From NCBI RefSeq assembly GCF_018350175.1, contig NC_058373.1, positions 104,720,001 through 104,784,000 of the forward strand: a stretch of 64,000 nt of DNA, in the 5' to 3' direction. Made by a program: the position numbers and the translations under genes. The notes beneath the pieces were generated by a model, which worked only from the letters and a program-made list of their open reading frames with translations, was not told where the DNA came from and searched no databases. This document shows positions 49,991 through 63,164 of the stretch, in pieces; position 1 is the first letter of the stretch, and every line of letters begins with the position of its first letter. The stretch comes from Felis catus (Eukaryota).

Positions 49991-50479
49991 GATGTTGAGG
50001 TTTTTGAGTTCTTTGTATATTTTGGTTATTAACGTCTTATCAAATATATGATTTGTAGATGTTTGCTCCCAATCCTTAAGTTGCCTTTTCATTTTGTTAA
50101 TGATTTCCTTTGCTGTACAGAAGCTTTTTAATTTAATCCCACTTGTTTATTTTTGCTTTTCTTGCTTTGACTTTGGTGTCAAGTCAAAAAAATCATTGCC
50201 AAGACTAACGTCAAGGAGCTTACCTTCTATGTTCTCATCTAGGAGTTTTATGGTTTCAGCTCCCCCCATTTTAAAAACATGACAAGTAAGGCCCAGAGAA
50301 GTTAAACAACTTATTCCAGGGTCACAAAACTAGAATCTTATGGTGCTGGGATCTGAACCAGGTCTATCACGAAAGCCTATGCTCTTAGTTACCTCTCTCT
50401 ACAGCCTTAACTTGACAAAAAGTAAACCTAAAAAGACCATAGAGAGAAGGGCTATTTCTTGTCTTTGGGACATGGTTCT

Positions 50480-51040
50480 GATATTATTCAGCTAATGCTG
50501 TGGAACAAATGGTTTATACCAATATACAAGTGGTTTATAACAATAAGAATCACTTATTCTCTCGTAACTTCATATATGTAACTTTGTAAGTGTGAGTCAA
50601 GCATTTGGCAGTGTCTTGGCTGGAGGGCCATGGTGCAGGTCTCCCTTGAGGCTTGATGTCTGTCGGGACATTAGCCACCTGAATCTGTAGTGAAGCTGGA
50701 GGACCTGCTGCCAAGGTGGCACACTCAGATGCCTGTCAGGTTGATGCTGGCTTTTGGTGGGAAGCCTCCATCCTTCTACGTGTGGGCCTTCCCAGCGGGC
50801 TGCTTGAGTGTCCTCACAGCATGACGGCTGGCTTCACCCAGAACTGGCAATCCACGAAACCAAGTAAGAAGCTGTGAGGTCTTTTACGCTCTAGCCTCAG
50901 AAGTCATACACGGTGACTTCCACAGCATTCTACTGGTCACACAGGTCAACTCTGATGCCACGTAAGAGGGAACTGCAGAACGGTGTGAATACCAGTAGGT
51001 GAGGACCCTTGGCGGCCATGTTGGAGGCTTGTCACCTCAG
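50480..51040 (-). mobile_element. MaLR LTR (MLT1F/G/H-like)
   Basis: gggctgcttgagtgtcctcacagcatgacggctggcttc...ctagcctcagaagtcatac...ggtgtgaataccagtagg. Confidence 0.8.
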
Positions 51041-51418
51041 TCCTCTTGCTATTCCTGTGGCAATTAGCAGATTATATTCGGCCAGTGACCGTGTTTCAAT
51101 TGCCTCTCTGGCCCTCCAGAGTTAGAAAGTCACAAAATTACTGCAAAACTACTGACCCTCAGAGTATCCTTAGCTGGTGATATGAACGCCAGCAGCTGAA
51201 AGCGGGTGCGCTCAGACTTTTAGCTACAGCAGGTGAGGGAGCATTTGCTACCCTGATCAGAGTGCATGGCAATAAACAGCAGCAGTTAGAAAAAGATGGC
51301 TTTCAGAAGATGGACTCTTCAGAGAGAAAGAAAGTCAGCATGAAAGTCAGTGGAGAGCAGAGCATGGAGAATGTGGAAATTACAGGAGGAGAAGGAGCGC
51401 ATTGAAAACTGAGGAACA

Positions 51419-51650
51419 GGGGCGCCTGGGTGGCGCAGTCGGTTAAGCGTCCGACTTCAGCCAGGTCACGATCTCGCGGTCCATGAGTTCGAGCCCCGCG
51501 TCGGGCTCTGGGCTGATGGCTCAGAGCCTGGAGCCTGTTTCCGATTCTGTGTCTCCCTCTCTCTCTGCCCCTCCCCCGTTCATGCTCTATCTCTCTCTGT
51601 CCCAAAAATAAATAAACGTTGAAAAAAAAAAATTAAAAAAAAAAAAAAAA
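51419..51650 (+). mobile_element. Young SINEC_Fc with long A-tail
   Basis: TSD gaaaactgaggaaca at 51404-51418 and 51651-51665. Confidence 0.95.
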
Positions 51651-51959
51651 GAAAACTGAGGAACAGGGAAAGGGTGTGTGAGGAAGGGAAAGCAAGTCTA
51701 AAAGGATTCGAAGCGAAGCAGCACACCCCCAAAAGGCTGAGGCACTGGCAGCGAGTGCGTAAGAAGGAAGACCTTGTACCCAGAGCACCTCTCTGCAGCG
51801 TGAGGACAGGAGATCAGCAAAAGGACACAGAAGCAGAGCTGGGACACACACCCAACCCCCACAGACACGAGAAGAGAAAGCATTTTTCTGGTGAGGAGTG
51901 CTTGCAACCAAAACTAGGCCCACACCTCAACAGGGTATATTTTTTTTTAAATATTGCCT

Positions 51960-52187
51960 GGGGGGCCTGGGGGGCTCAGTCAGTTGAGCATCTGACTTCA
52001 GCTCAGGTCATGATCTCACAGCTTTTGGGTTCAAGCCCCGCATCAGGCTCTGTGCTGATGGCTCAGAGCCTGGAGCCTGCCTCGGAATCTGTGTGTCCGT
52101 CTCTCTCTGCCCCTTCTCCGCTCACACTCTATCTCTCTGTCTCTGTCTCTGCCTCTCTCTCAAAAATTAAAAAAAAAACATTTTTTT
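51960..52187 (+). mobile_element. SINEC
   Basis: SINE body flanked by atattgc. Confidence 0.9.
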
Positions 52188-52429
52188 AATATATTGCAAA
52201 AGTGATACATGTTTCTAAGTACTCAAACACTGCAGAAAACAATAAAAACAGAAAGTTGAAGCCCCCCAGCCCCTGAAGTTGACTACCCACTTACAATGTG
52301 GTACAAGTCTTTGCAGTCCATTTCTGAAACTCTACAGCCATACAAAGAAAGACATGAGATTGGTCTGTTTGTATTCTACTGCAATGGCTTTTCCACAGGC
52401 TAACACACCTTTCATATGTTTCTGTATGA

Positions 52430-52715
52430 GTAACAGAAATGCCTCATTCTTTTTAAGTGTCTTGATATTCTGTTTTATGATCGTTGCATGACTTATTTAA
52501 TCGATCCCCTAAGAAAGGATGTTTGAATTATTTCTAGTTACTCACTGCGATAAACAATGCTTAAGGAAACATCCTCTGCAATACCCTTGCATAACTGGGG
52601 GAACACTTCTGTGGAAAAATTCCCAGAAGTAAGATTGCTGGATCAAAGAGTATGCGCATTCAAATTTTTAATAGATATTGCCTTCCCAAAAGGTTGTACC
52701 AATTTGCATGCATGT
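52430..52715 (-). mobile_element. Old L1M fragment
   Basis: ttcccagaagtaagattgctggatcaaagagtatgcgcatt...ccaaaaggttgtaccaattt. Confidence 0.65.
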
Positions 52716-53064
52716 ATTTTTCATTTGATGTTTATGATTAACTTTTAAGCAAACCCAACTATAAGCTTATTCATAATTTGCATCAGTTATTGTCAGATAG
52801 TTCTAAGCCTAGTGTGTTATGACGCAAAGTCCATGCATTTGGAAATAATCTGTATATTGTGGGGTAAAATAAGTCAGATAAATAAAACACCATACTTACT
52901 CAAGTAATTATGTATGCATTTCCACAGATTCAAGGTATATACATGAAAACTGTTCAGCTACTATATGGCTCCAGTCCAGAAGCCACAGTGTCTCCTTGAT
53001 TTTCCCTCCACTTCCCAATTCCCAACCTTTTTCAGGAATTTCTTCTATCAAGAAAAAGCATCTA

Positions 53065-53283
53065 GGGGCGCCTGGGTGGCTCAGTCGGTTGAGCATCCGA
53101 CTTCAGCTCAGGTCATGATCTCACAGTCTGTGAGTTCGAGCCCCGCGTTGGGCTCTGTGCTGACAGCTCGGAGCCCGGCGCCTGTTTCAGATTCTGTGTC
53201 TCCCTCTCTCTCTGACCCTCCCCCGTTCATGCTCTGTCTCTCTCTGTCTCAAAAATAAATAAACGTTAAAAAAAATTTTTTTA
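53065..53283 (+). mobile_element. SINEC_Fc
   Basis: TSD aagaaaaagcatcta at 53050-53064 and from 53284. Confidence 0.95.
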
Positions 53284-54726
53284 AAGAAAAAGCATCTAAC
53301 AGCCAGGATCATTTTAGTGTGTGCTGTATTTATTAATGACCTTTTTCAGGAGTATTTGCAGTTTAGAACTGAGTGCAGAGAAATTAATTTTTAATAGTAT
53401 TATTTCTGGTTAAAGTGTTAAAGGGGATTTAAACAACTAGAAGGGGAGATAAAAGTCACTAATGATAACTTCCCAGTTGCCTAGAAACTACTTCTAGGTA
53501 ATGAATGGAAGGTGCCACCGCCCACTCTTAGGTGTATCTAATAGCATAATTTTGTGGTCCCAATCAACAGACTGTCATCTACTAGCACATATTTTCAATT
53601 TTGCTTGGTCGATCCCTAAAATTGTCACTACCAGCCGACCTCCTCCTTTCCCTGCCCTCCTGTGTCCCCTTCATTTATCTCATTTGCCAGGAATCACAAC
53701 AGGCAGAAGAACACACAGCTAGGACAGACCCACCCCCTTCCCGAATCCCTGGAAACACTCCCTTCTTAGTGCAAACAACATCCCTGGGGACTTGACTACC
53801 AGTCACCTCCCAGAGGCCTTCACGGATGAAAGGAAATGAAAAGCAGCTCCATTTCACCAAGACCTGAGGACTATTTGAGGTTAATGTTTCATTAGGCCAG
53901 TCTTCAGGATAATGAGAATGTTTTTCACGATATTATTTTCTTCTCAACAAATACATTCTGTATTTCTTTCTTACCTGTTTCTCTATCTGGTCATAAAGCT
54001 TGTGAACTAAGTTCTAGGTAGACATTAAAACACCCATTCAGTATCCATGTGTCTCCTCCATAAGGATATGACCACTTCATATTTCCCTCCCGGTAGCACC
54101 CAGCTGACAACCACAGTCTCCCCTGCTCCTGTTTCAGCGGTGAGAGGGAGGACAGAGCTCTCACATGTCAGCTCTGTGATCACGTGTCAGCTCTGTGACA
54201 GGGGCAGGGCCTGGCTGGCCATGGTGATCAGGGCCAAATTAACCAAGACTCCTGCAGAGTGAGTCTCACTGCCACAGCCCAGTTTGGAAAACCAATATAC
54301 TTAGTTACAATCCTAAGTAACTATTCACATAAGTTGTAAAAAAAGAAAAATCCTCTTCTTAGCAAATAATGACTAGAAAAGACCCATAGAAGTGTTAGTT
54401 CATGAGCAATGACGTCAAAAAGCATGGATCAGGGTGGCTCCCTTATGTTGGATGGTCCCCACCTTAGGTTAGCACCAATAAACCCTATTCTCCTTATTTG
54501 GGACGCATGGGTTAGTTGGTATATAAAATGTTTAGGACCCTGACATGCAACATCCCTTGAACATCGTTAAGCCATTAATGTTTGTTCTTCTGTTTATTTA
54601 ACACATATTTATGAGAACCTGTATGAGCAAGGCACTGGATTGGGGCTATTGTGGAAACACTCCCAGGTACTGAAAGATGAACAAGCATGCCCAAGACATG
54701 GTCTTTTAAAAAATATATTTACTTTA

Positions 54727-54921
54727 GGGGTACCTGGGTGGCTCAGTTGGCTGTGTCTGATTCTTGATTTCAGCTCGGGTCATGATCTCATGATTCATGA
54801 GGTCGAACCCCATTTCAGGCTGACAGTGTGGAGCCTGCTTGGGATTCTCTGTCTCCCTCACTCTCTGCCCCTCCCATGCTCACACATGTGTGTACACTCT
54901 CTCTCTCAAAAATAAATAAAC
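54727..54921 (+). mobile_element. Older SINEC
   Basis: SINE head, body and aaaataaataaa tail. Confidence 0.88.
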
Positions 54922-55002
54922 ATTCTCATTTTCCATTCTATTTCAAACTATTTTCCTTAGCTAGGAATTAAGAAAATTTAGCTGATTAAAGTGGCTCATA
55001 TT

Positions 55003-55200
55003 GGGGCATCTAGGTGGCTCGGTTGGTTAAGCATCCCACTCTTGATTTCAGCTCAGGTCATGATCTCATAGTTCATGAGTTCGAGCCCCACTTCAGGCTC
55101 TGCGCGAACAGTGCAGATCCTGCTTGGGATTCTCTCTCTCCCTCTCTCTCTGCCCTCCCCTGCTTGCTCTCTCAAAATAAATAAATGAACATTAAAAAAA
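55003..55200 (+). mobile_element. Older SINEC followed by (TG)n
   Basis: SINE body, with (TG)n at about 55206-55230. Confidence 0.9.
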
Positions 55201-55579
55201 TAATATGTGTGTGTGTGTGTCTGTGTGTGTATTTACTATAGCAAAACCAACAGGGGAAGAAATAAGCATATCCTTCTCCAAATTTGTAATTATCTAGAGT
55301 GGTGTTGCATAATAAGGAAGGTTGATAGAGCTGCAGACAATGGATGGGGATCCTGACTCACAACTCGCCACTGGCCTTTCTATACAACAGCCCCTGCCAT
55401 GCCTTGCTAAAGCTTCCAAGGGGTTGGCTTGGGTCTTGTGGTGGAGATTGAGCAATACTGGGGTCCAGCACAAGTCAAGAATGGCTTTGAAAATTCTTCT
55501 TGCTGCACTGGAGTGAGGTGGTTAGGTAGGAGATAGACAAGTGAATACAGCACTCTAACCCACACTAAGTTAGCATAGC

Positions 55580-55960
55580 ATGACACAGACAGCTAGCTAA
55601 CCCTACTGAAATCTATGTTCCTTCTTCTGTGGTGTGAATTCGGGGCTAGGAGGTGACTGTCTAACCCCAGATTTATTTCCCAGTACTCTTTGCATCTAGG
55701 CGTGACCATATGACTAGCTTTCACCAATGGAATGCGAATAGAATGGTATGTGCCATTTTCAGGATTTTCCATTAGCTAGAAGCAGAAGACAGAAGATCCA
55801 CAAGATGGAAGGAACCTGGGTGTCTGAATTACTGTAACTAAGAAAGCTCCCTGCTGAGCAGAATTATGCACATCAGACTGTCACATGATGGAGAAATAGA
55901 GAGTTCTTGTGTTAAGCTACTAAACGGCGAAGGTTTAGTTATTATAACAGTTTTACCCTA
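55580..55960 (+). mobile_element. MaLR LTR (MLT1J-like)
   Basis: atttcccagtactctttgcatctaggcgtgaccatatgactag...agatggaaggaacctgggtgtctgaat...tgtgttaagctact. Confidence 0.7.
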
Positions 55961-56782
55961 CCAAATAGAGAGAACTAAGCTTATGGAGCGAGAGGCAAGC
56001 ACTTACTCCCTATACTCTGTCTCTAGGGAAAAAAGCATTTGGAAGTTTTCTAATTCATAGCACCGAGAAGGAGTAGGGGTGGGGGAAGGTTTCAACACGT
56101 AGTTAACATATGTCAGAGTGAGCATGAAACCAGTTCAGCATCTCCAGGAAATAGTCTGCTCTCAGTTTCCCTGGTTTCTCATCATACTTGACTTCTGCAG
56201 GCAGGATGGGGTCCAGAAGCAGGCAGGAGAAAGCTAGATCTTTCTGCAGGCTAATCTGAGGACCAGGGGCCTTACATCCTCCAGGTGGGCCAGTAACTAA
56301 GGCCACCAGATCAAGGAGTTTTCAACTGTAGAATCTGGGGGTGGGAGTAGGAGCAAAGAGTGGGTAGAGAACATTCCCAAATAACTACAACACCAGGCAG
56401 AGTGAGGTGCCTGCCTAGATGTCTTCCCAGGGGGAAGATGTCACAGTCCCTTGCAGGACGTGGAAGGCTGGGGAGAGGAGGGCATTGGAGATTCATTCTG
56501 AAGGGGGGCACGATTTTGACAAAGGCTTTCATGTAGATAAAGGCCCAGTGAGAACATGGTGATTCTTTTGGAGATGGTTATTCTTTGATCATTCTTATAG
56601 AACATTCTCTATAAACCACTCCGTCAACCTTCAGATCACTTCTGCAAGCCTTACCTCTTCTGATGTTGGCTTACAACTGTGGGAGGTGAGCCTCCTTGTT
56701 CAAACTGCCATGTAAAATCTGTGGTGTAGACATGATGCTTGCACGTTGTTTCCTCATCTCTTGATTAACAACTCACATTCCT

Positions 56783-56921
56783 GGGGTGCTTGGGTGCTCA
56801 GTTGGTTAAGCATCCGACTCCTGATTTCAGCTCAGGTCATGATCTCGTGGTGTGAGTTCAAGCCCCACATTGGGCTCCCCACTGATAGTGTGGAGCCTGC
56901 TTGGGATTCTGTCTCTCACAT

Positions 56922-56954
<33 letters not shown>

Positions 56955-57035
56955 CTGCCCCTTCCCCTGCTCTCTCTCTCTCAAAATAAATAAGTAAACT
57001 TAAAAATATAATAATTAAATAAATGAATAAAATAA
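56783..57035 (+). mobile_element. Older SINEC
   Basis: TSD aactcacattcct. Confidence 0.92.
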
Positions 57036-58102
57036 AACTCACATTCCTTACTGCATAAAGTGTATGTCTTCAAAAAGCCAGTTTTATTTATTAACCATGC
57101 TAGCTCAGTTGAATCACTACGAATGGGCTCACTGTATATTTGCCTTTGGTTATAAATTCTTCTGATTTTATATTTCTTGAATCAGGTATAAAATATTAAT
57201 GAACACATATAAAAAAACAGGCCAATTATTTCACAGGGGATTAAAAGCCTTTGGAAAATTCCGTTCGATTAATCTAGCCACCACTTCCCCTCCCCAGGGA
57301 GCAGCCTTGGCTCTTAGGTGAGGTAACAACTGTAACATTCGTGGGTCAATAGAAACAAATATAGCAAAGTATTATAATCAGGGCTACAACCCCTTATGGG
57401 ATACCTTCTAGTCCAAGGGGCTTGAACCTTCAAAGGATCTTATCAGTATCAAGAAGCTTAAGAAGAAAAAAAATGTAACTAAAGCCTCTGGAAACATTTT
57501 TACAGCAAAAGAATAGATCACAAAGCTCTTTTTATGGCAATATAAATGATATCACAGATGTAAACCTCCCTCCCAACTTAAAGAAAGAAAAATTAAAAGT
57601 GATTTCCTTTTTACATGTTGTAATCTCTTAGGCATAGACCATCTTCATAGCAACTTTGTACTTTATTCACGTCTTCAGTTATTATAATGTTTATTTCAGG
57701 AGATTACTCATCTTGCTGAACCAGACGTCCATCAACCCGGTGGAAGCTCAGGCAGAGGTAAGCTCATTAGCACCCACGGCGGTGACAGCACAGAAACCAG
57801 GCATAACCCAGAGCTGGGCTGGCTATTGGCTATTGGAACCCAGGTCAGCATAGCATACCACACGGAGGGGGGGGGGGGGGGACAGGGATGCAGCAAAGGG
57901 CAAAGCAGGTGCGGTATCAGAAAGTTGGAAGCCATTCCATGAGAGGCCATTAGTTCAGACAGCCCCAGGGTCAGAGAAGACTACCCTGGGTTTTATCCTC
58001 ACCCCACCACACGGTAGCTGTATGACCTTGGACAGTTACCTAAAACCTTTCCATCTCTAAAGTTGGGGTGAAAACAGCACCTAAGGTTATTAGACCAGTC
58101 GG

Positions 58103-58530
58103 TATATTCGTTTCCTAGGGCTGCCATGCCAGAGAACCACAAACAGGTGGCTTAAACGACAGAATATTTATTGTCTCATGGTACTGAGACTGTCAGAAAG
58201 TAAAGAGTCTGAAATCCAAGTGGTGGCAGGGTTGGTTTCTTCTGAGAGCTATGAGCGAAGGCTGTGTCCCAGGCCTCTCTCCCTGGCTTACAGATGGCCA
58301 TCTTCACCGTATGTCCCTTCACATCATCTGCCCTCTGCATATTTCTGTCAGATTTCCCCTTTTTACAAGGACATCAGTCATACTGGCTTAGCGGCCCATC
58401 CTATTGTGGTATGACCCCATCTTAACTAATTACATCTGCAACAACCTTATTTTCCAAATAAGACACCCTGAGGTACTGGGGTTAGAACTATAACGTAGGA
58501 ATTTTTGGAGGGACCCAATTCAAACACAAC
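58103..58530 (-). mobile_element. MaLR LTR (MLT1A/B/C-like)
   Basis: tttcctagggctgcc...accacaaacaggtggcttaaacgacagaatatttattgtctca...cttaactaattacatctgca...gaggtactggggttagaact. Confidence 0.85.
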
Positions 58531-58804
58531 AACCGGCGTGCAAAAAAAAAAAAACAAAATCAAAAAAAAAAACCCACATTAGCTGCTGTTTTGACCCCAG
58601 TGCATTTGGGTGCTTGTCAGCCTCCAGGATATCTATGGCTACACTGATAGGCAATTGATTTGGCTCTGCCAGATTGGCATTACCTGGGCTCCGCTGCTGA
58701 ATGAGATGCTTTCTCTGGAGTCACACGTGTCCAGTTAACTGGTCCCACTGCAGGGTGGAGCCCTCTGGGCCAGGTCCCAGACGACTTACGGCATGTCTTC
58801 TAGG

Positions 58805-58915
58805 TCAACGGCTCTCAAACTTCATACACCCAGGGAGCTTATTAAAACCACAGATGCCTGAGCTACACCCAGGAGATTCTGATTCAACCAAATCCACCTG
58901 ACTTAAGGCCCAGGA
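58805..58915. mobile_element. MER5-like hAT DNA transposon remnant
   Basis: ctctcaaactt...ggagcttattaaaaccacagatgcctgagctacacccaggagattctgattcaa. Confidence 0.55.
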
Positions 58916-59701
58916 ATTCATGCTACTACTTTCTGCTTCTATACCCAAGGCAGGTATTCATCAATTAGAGAGCTCTATCTTGTTGAACCTGGAAATGGTC
59001 ACAGAATCCTTCTCAACACAGCTCCCCAGGCAACTAGCAATAACTAACAGTGAGATGAAATCAGTCTGCCATTCCTGCCTATGCCTTAGAGCAGCTCCGG
59101 GTCTCCTTAGGTGAAGGAGCCACACAGGCTACCTAAAAGCCTGTATTACCTGTGCCTGAAGGGAAAACGGACTCTGGGGCACCTTCAGGTTTCTCTTTAT
59201 GCCTCTCCTCCCTGCCCTGGGTTTCTGTTGGTTGGATGAAACACTACTGAAATGTAAGTTCAGACCAACTATCTTGGGCAACTTAGTCCACCCTGTGGAA
59301 CTGGCAGCTTGGACCTGGGCAGCAGGGATCTTGACAGGGCTAGTTTTGTGGCCTAAGTATCTCTGGGCTTTGATTTCCACATTTGTAAACTGTGGTATCA
59401 ATCTCGGTGAGCTGTCATGTCCTTTCTTCCTCTAACACAACCGATTCTGAATGCTGGGGTCAGCGAAAATTCAGAGACATGATGTGGTCCAACATTTCAG
59501 GGAAGTGGGTTCGGTGGAAAAATTAACATTTGAGTGCCTATAATGTAGCCAAAGGCTCTGTGTGTTTTACAGGCTCTTACTGTGCCCCGATGAGGTATGT
59601 TGGTATTGTTTTTATCTGTTTTTCAGATGACAAAACTGGGGCCCAGAGGAGTTGAGCTAACTTGCCCAGGATCATATATCTGATTTTTTAAAAAGGCTCT
59701 A

Positions 59702-59927
59702 GGGGCGCCTGGGTGGCTCAGTCGGTTAAGTGTCCGGCTTCGGCTCAGGTCATGATCTCGCGGTCCGTGAGTTCAAGCCCCGTGTCGGGCTCTGTGCTGA
59801 CAGCTCAGAGCCAGGAGCCTGTTTCAGATTCTGTGTCTCCCTCTCTCTGACCCTCCCCCGTCCATGCTCTGTCTCTCTCTGTCTCAAAAATAAATAAACG
59901 TTTAAAAAAAATCTAAATAAATAAAAT
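59702..59927 (+). mobile_element. SINEC_Fc inserted into a MIR
   Basis: TSD aaaaaggctcta. Reverse MIR core upstream at about 59530-59680. Confidence 0.95.
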
Positions 59928-62477
59928 AAAAAGGCTCTAGAATTCAAATTCTTCTGTGTCTTTTGACACCAGCCTCCATTCCTTCCAACATATTCAGTTT
60001 CAAAATCCTTTTAAAACATTGTAGAAATGGATTTAGACCTAGGAGAATGTATGTAATTGAGTCGTATGAAATTGCTAATATTCAACTTATTTTGTCCTCT
60101 AAAAATGACAGTTTCACAAGTTTAACTTCACAGGTGATCCTTGAGTTGATTTACTTTGCTCACCCACATCCCTCACACCAGCCAGATGGTCAGGTAAACT
60201 TGGCCCTGTGTCTAAATCCTGGAATGAGGCAAGCTTGGCAGGGCAGAGATGCAGTAGGCTCCAGCTACTGGAAATGCAGACAGTATCCACCAGCAACCTA
60301 GAGTGACCGCAAAATTGCTCAAACACCTGTCTCGACTTCCTTGAAATCGGTGAAGGTGATTCTAATACATGATCCCACCCAACCACACCTCATTCCCAGT
60401 CTGTATCCGCTCCAAAGCCTCCCTCTCAATGCTCTTATCTTCCCTCCCTTCTCCCCTGCTCCCCATCCCTTCATTTTGCCAGTTGACTTGGCTTCTGTGG
60501 AGGCAAGAAGCCTCCTTAGTTGGAAGAAGAGAAGATTCGAACTCGTAATCAAAGTCTTGTTAGAGAGCTGGAAGGAGGTGGGTTGTTTGAACATTCTCAC
60601 GTTAATTTCTGCCCTATACCACAAATCTCAGGTTGGCATGTTGTTTGTTTTTTTCATACATTCTCCTTAGCCTGTGTGGAGTCCCAGCAAATGAAGAGTT
60701 TCTTTGAATAATGACTTTTTGATGATAGTTTATTTTAGTGCTCACTCTGTATTTTCTACATCTTAGAGGACTGGTTAACTTCCAAGGCGAAGATTTGACA
60801 AGGACAGATTCTCCTAGGAAATGGGAAGGAAGGAAGAACACAGACAGGGGTGTCCTGGGGTAAAATAGATTAGAGAAACACTTCTTTTAAGTGGAAAGTT
60901 CTGAGCCAAGTTTGAAAGAACCTTTTCCTTTCAATATAAATGGAAGGATAGCATTAATTCACCTTTTGTCAACAAGATCATTTCTGTCACATTGCAAAGT
61001 ATATGGACATGCTTGAGCTGGCTTGCTGTTACAGCACTCACATCCAATTAAAACAATACCAAAAATATCCTCTAGCTTAGGCATTAAACATAGTTCACAA
61101 TTGATATTCATGAAGGGCTCACTCGACATAACCATCTCTCTCTCCTTCGGTATCTCATAGCCTTTGTCACTGGCCACTTCCCGGGCAATTAGTTAGCATT
61201 TCCCATTTACTGATTGTTTTCGTTCTCTTTTCTGTTGAGAGATAGTATGGCGTACCCAGATCCGGTTCATACCTGACCATCACCATTTACTAGTTCTGTG
61301 AACAGGAGCAAGTTCTTGAATCTCTTCGAGTATCCATTTCCGTATGTGGAAAGCGGGAATGGTTCTCACCACCTTACAGAATGATGGAAGGCTAGTGCTA
61401 CTAACGCCCTGCCTGTTAGACAGCACCTACTCAAAACAGGCCAGCCACCATTTTTACTAACAAACCATAAAGTCCTTATGGCAGGGACAGTGTCACTAAC
61501 CTTTTTACACCCTTGGCACCTCTCCCAGTGTTTGGCACATGACCTATAAATGTTTGCTGTTGTGATAGCTATGGCTGCCAACCGTTAGGATATTTCCATT
61601 GTTTCTTTAGACAGGAGTTCTGATGCTTTCACTAAGGAAATTTACAAACAGACAATGCAACTTCGTTTTCCATCATTTACACAATCACAAAACCACATTC
61701 ACACAGTCTTGCACTTCTAACTGTTGCTAGTGTGACTTACATATATTTAGTAGGGGAGAAACGGCTTTCCAAAGATTAAGGCAGTGATGAGAAAGCACAT
61801 CTGTATGAAGGTACATCTGTCACTGTTGCACGTTGGTCTTGCAAACCAAATGTGAGGAATGGGGAAATCTCTAATAAACTGAATGACTAATATGATTTCT
61901 TTCTGTTGGGGAAGATATCCTTAATTGTTTCTCTCTCTTTTTTTCTAAAGGGAATACAACAGTGGAGTGGGCTGGGAGGATGGATGTACATAGCAAAAGG
62001 CACAATGATGCCTTGGAGAAGGGCAAGAAGGTGAGTGAGCCTGGTTTGGGATTACCAATGTTTTCAAAAAATATGCTCAAACTGAGTTCTCCCCTCCCCT
62101 CCCCAGAGACCTGCTAAATCCTGCTTAATCCCACAGCTGCCCTGGGCCTCTCTTCTGTCCTACTGAGTAGAGAAGAAGCATTGCTGAAATGAGCCACATG
62201 CTGAAGGAATAAAAAGAAACACCCACCAAGTGACCAGACTTGATTATGAAGGCAGCATTCCCAAACATCAGCTCCAGCCTTCCTACGGGTACAGCAGGTG
62301 TAACCTGCCCCCGAGACAGCCCCTCCAAGCATCACCCCCATCAACATTACAACTGAAGGTCTGGCTAGGCAAACCTTTCTGTGGTTCAGAGCTTTGCCAC
62401 TCTGAAAGCTGTCCAGTTTCTGTTGGAATACAAGAACCCCTTAGAAGAGTAGTAGCTATTAAAACTCTATCATAGCT

Positions 62478-62715
62478 GGGGCGCCTGGGTGGCTCAGTCG
62501 GTTAAGCGTCCGACTTCAGCTCAGGTCACAATCTCGCGGTCCGTGAGTTCGAGCCCCGCGTCGGGCTCTGGGCTGATGGCTCAGAGCCTGGAGCCTGCTT
62601 CCGATTCTGTGTCTCCCTCTCTCTCTCTGCCCCTCCCCCGTTCATGCTCTGTCTCTCTCTGTCTCAAAAATAAATAAACTTAAAAAAATTATTAAAAAAA
62701 TAAATAAAATAAAAT
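62478..62715 (+). mobile_element. SINEC_Fc
   Basis: TSD aaaactctatcatagc at 62461-62476 and 62716-62731. Confidence 0.95.
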
Positions 62716-62789
62716 AAAACTCTATCATAGCAATGTCTGCTTTGGGTGTAGGCCTGCAGTTTTAAAGACTCTCGTATGTACAGTTTTTT

Positions 62790-62959
62790 GGGGGTGCCTG
62801 GGTGGCTCAGTCAGTTAAGCGTCCAACCCTTGATTTCAGCTCAGATCATGATCTCACAGTTCGTGAGTTTGAGCTCCGCATCAGGCTCCTCACTGACAGC
62901 ACAGAGCCTGCTTGGGATTCTGTCTCTCCCTCTCCCTCTCTGCGCCTCCCCTGCTCGCA

Positions 62960-63002
<43 letters not shown>

Positions 63003-63014
63003 TAAATAAATAAA
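62790..63014 (+). mobile_element. SINEC with long (CT)n
   Basis: SINE head, (CT)n and (AAAT)n tail. Confidence 0.92.
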
Positions 63015-63164
63015 TACTTCTTGAAGGCTCTGGGCCATAACCAGAGGCTCCTGCTTGTGGCTCAGAAGGACCCAAAGTTTAGAACCATGCAATCTCATCT
63101 CCAGAATTTCTGAGTGGTTACCTTTGTCTGGAAAACCTTTGCTCTCTTTGTCTGACTTACTAGA

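Larger units (their letters stand above)
48518..50258 (-). mobile_element. 5'-truncated LINE-1 (ORF2 end + 3' UTR; L1MA9/L1_Carn-like) inserted into a MIR
   Basis: Reverse L1 motifs (ggatatatacccagaagtggaatt, acaggtgtgaggtgatatctcatt, tttcctttgctgtacagaagctttt). ctcccccc...atttt flanks both ends and MIR-like sequence lies on either side. Confidence 0.9.

Noticed and set aside
48518..50258. Possible active L1 / ORF2 coding region
   Set aside because: 5'-truncated, interrupted by two SINEs, and no long ORF.
51674..52189. 171-aa ORF, the longest outside the CpG island
   Set aside because: GTG start, the 3' half is SINE sequence, and there is no recognisable domain.
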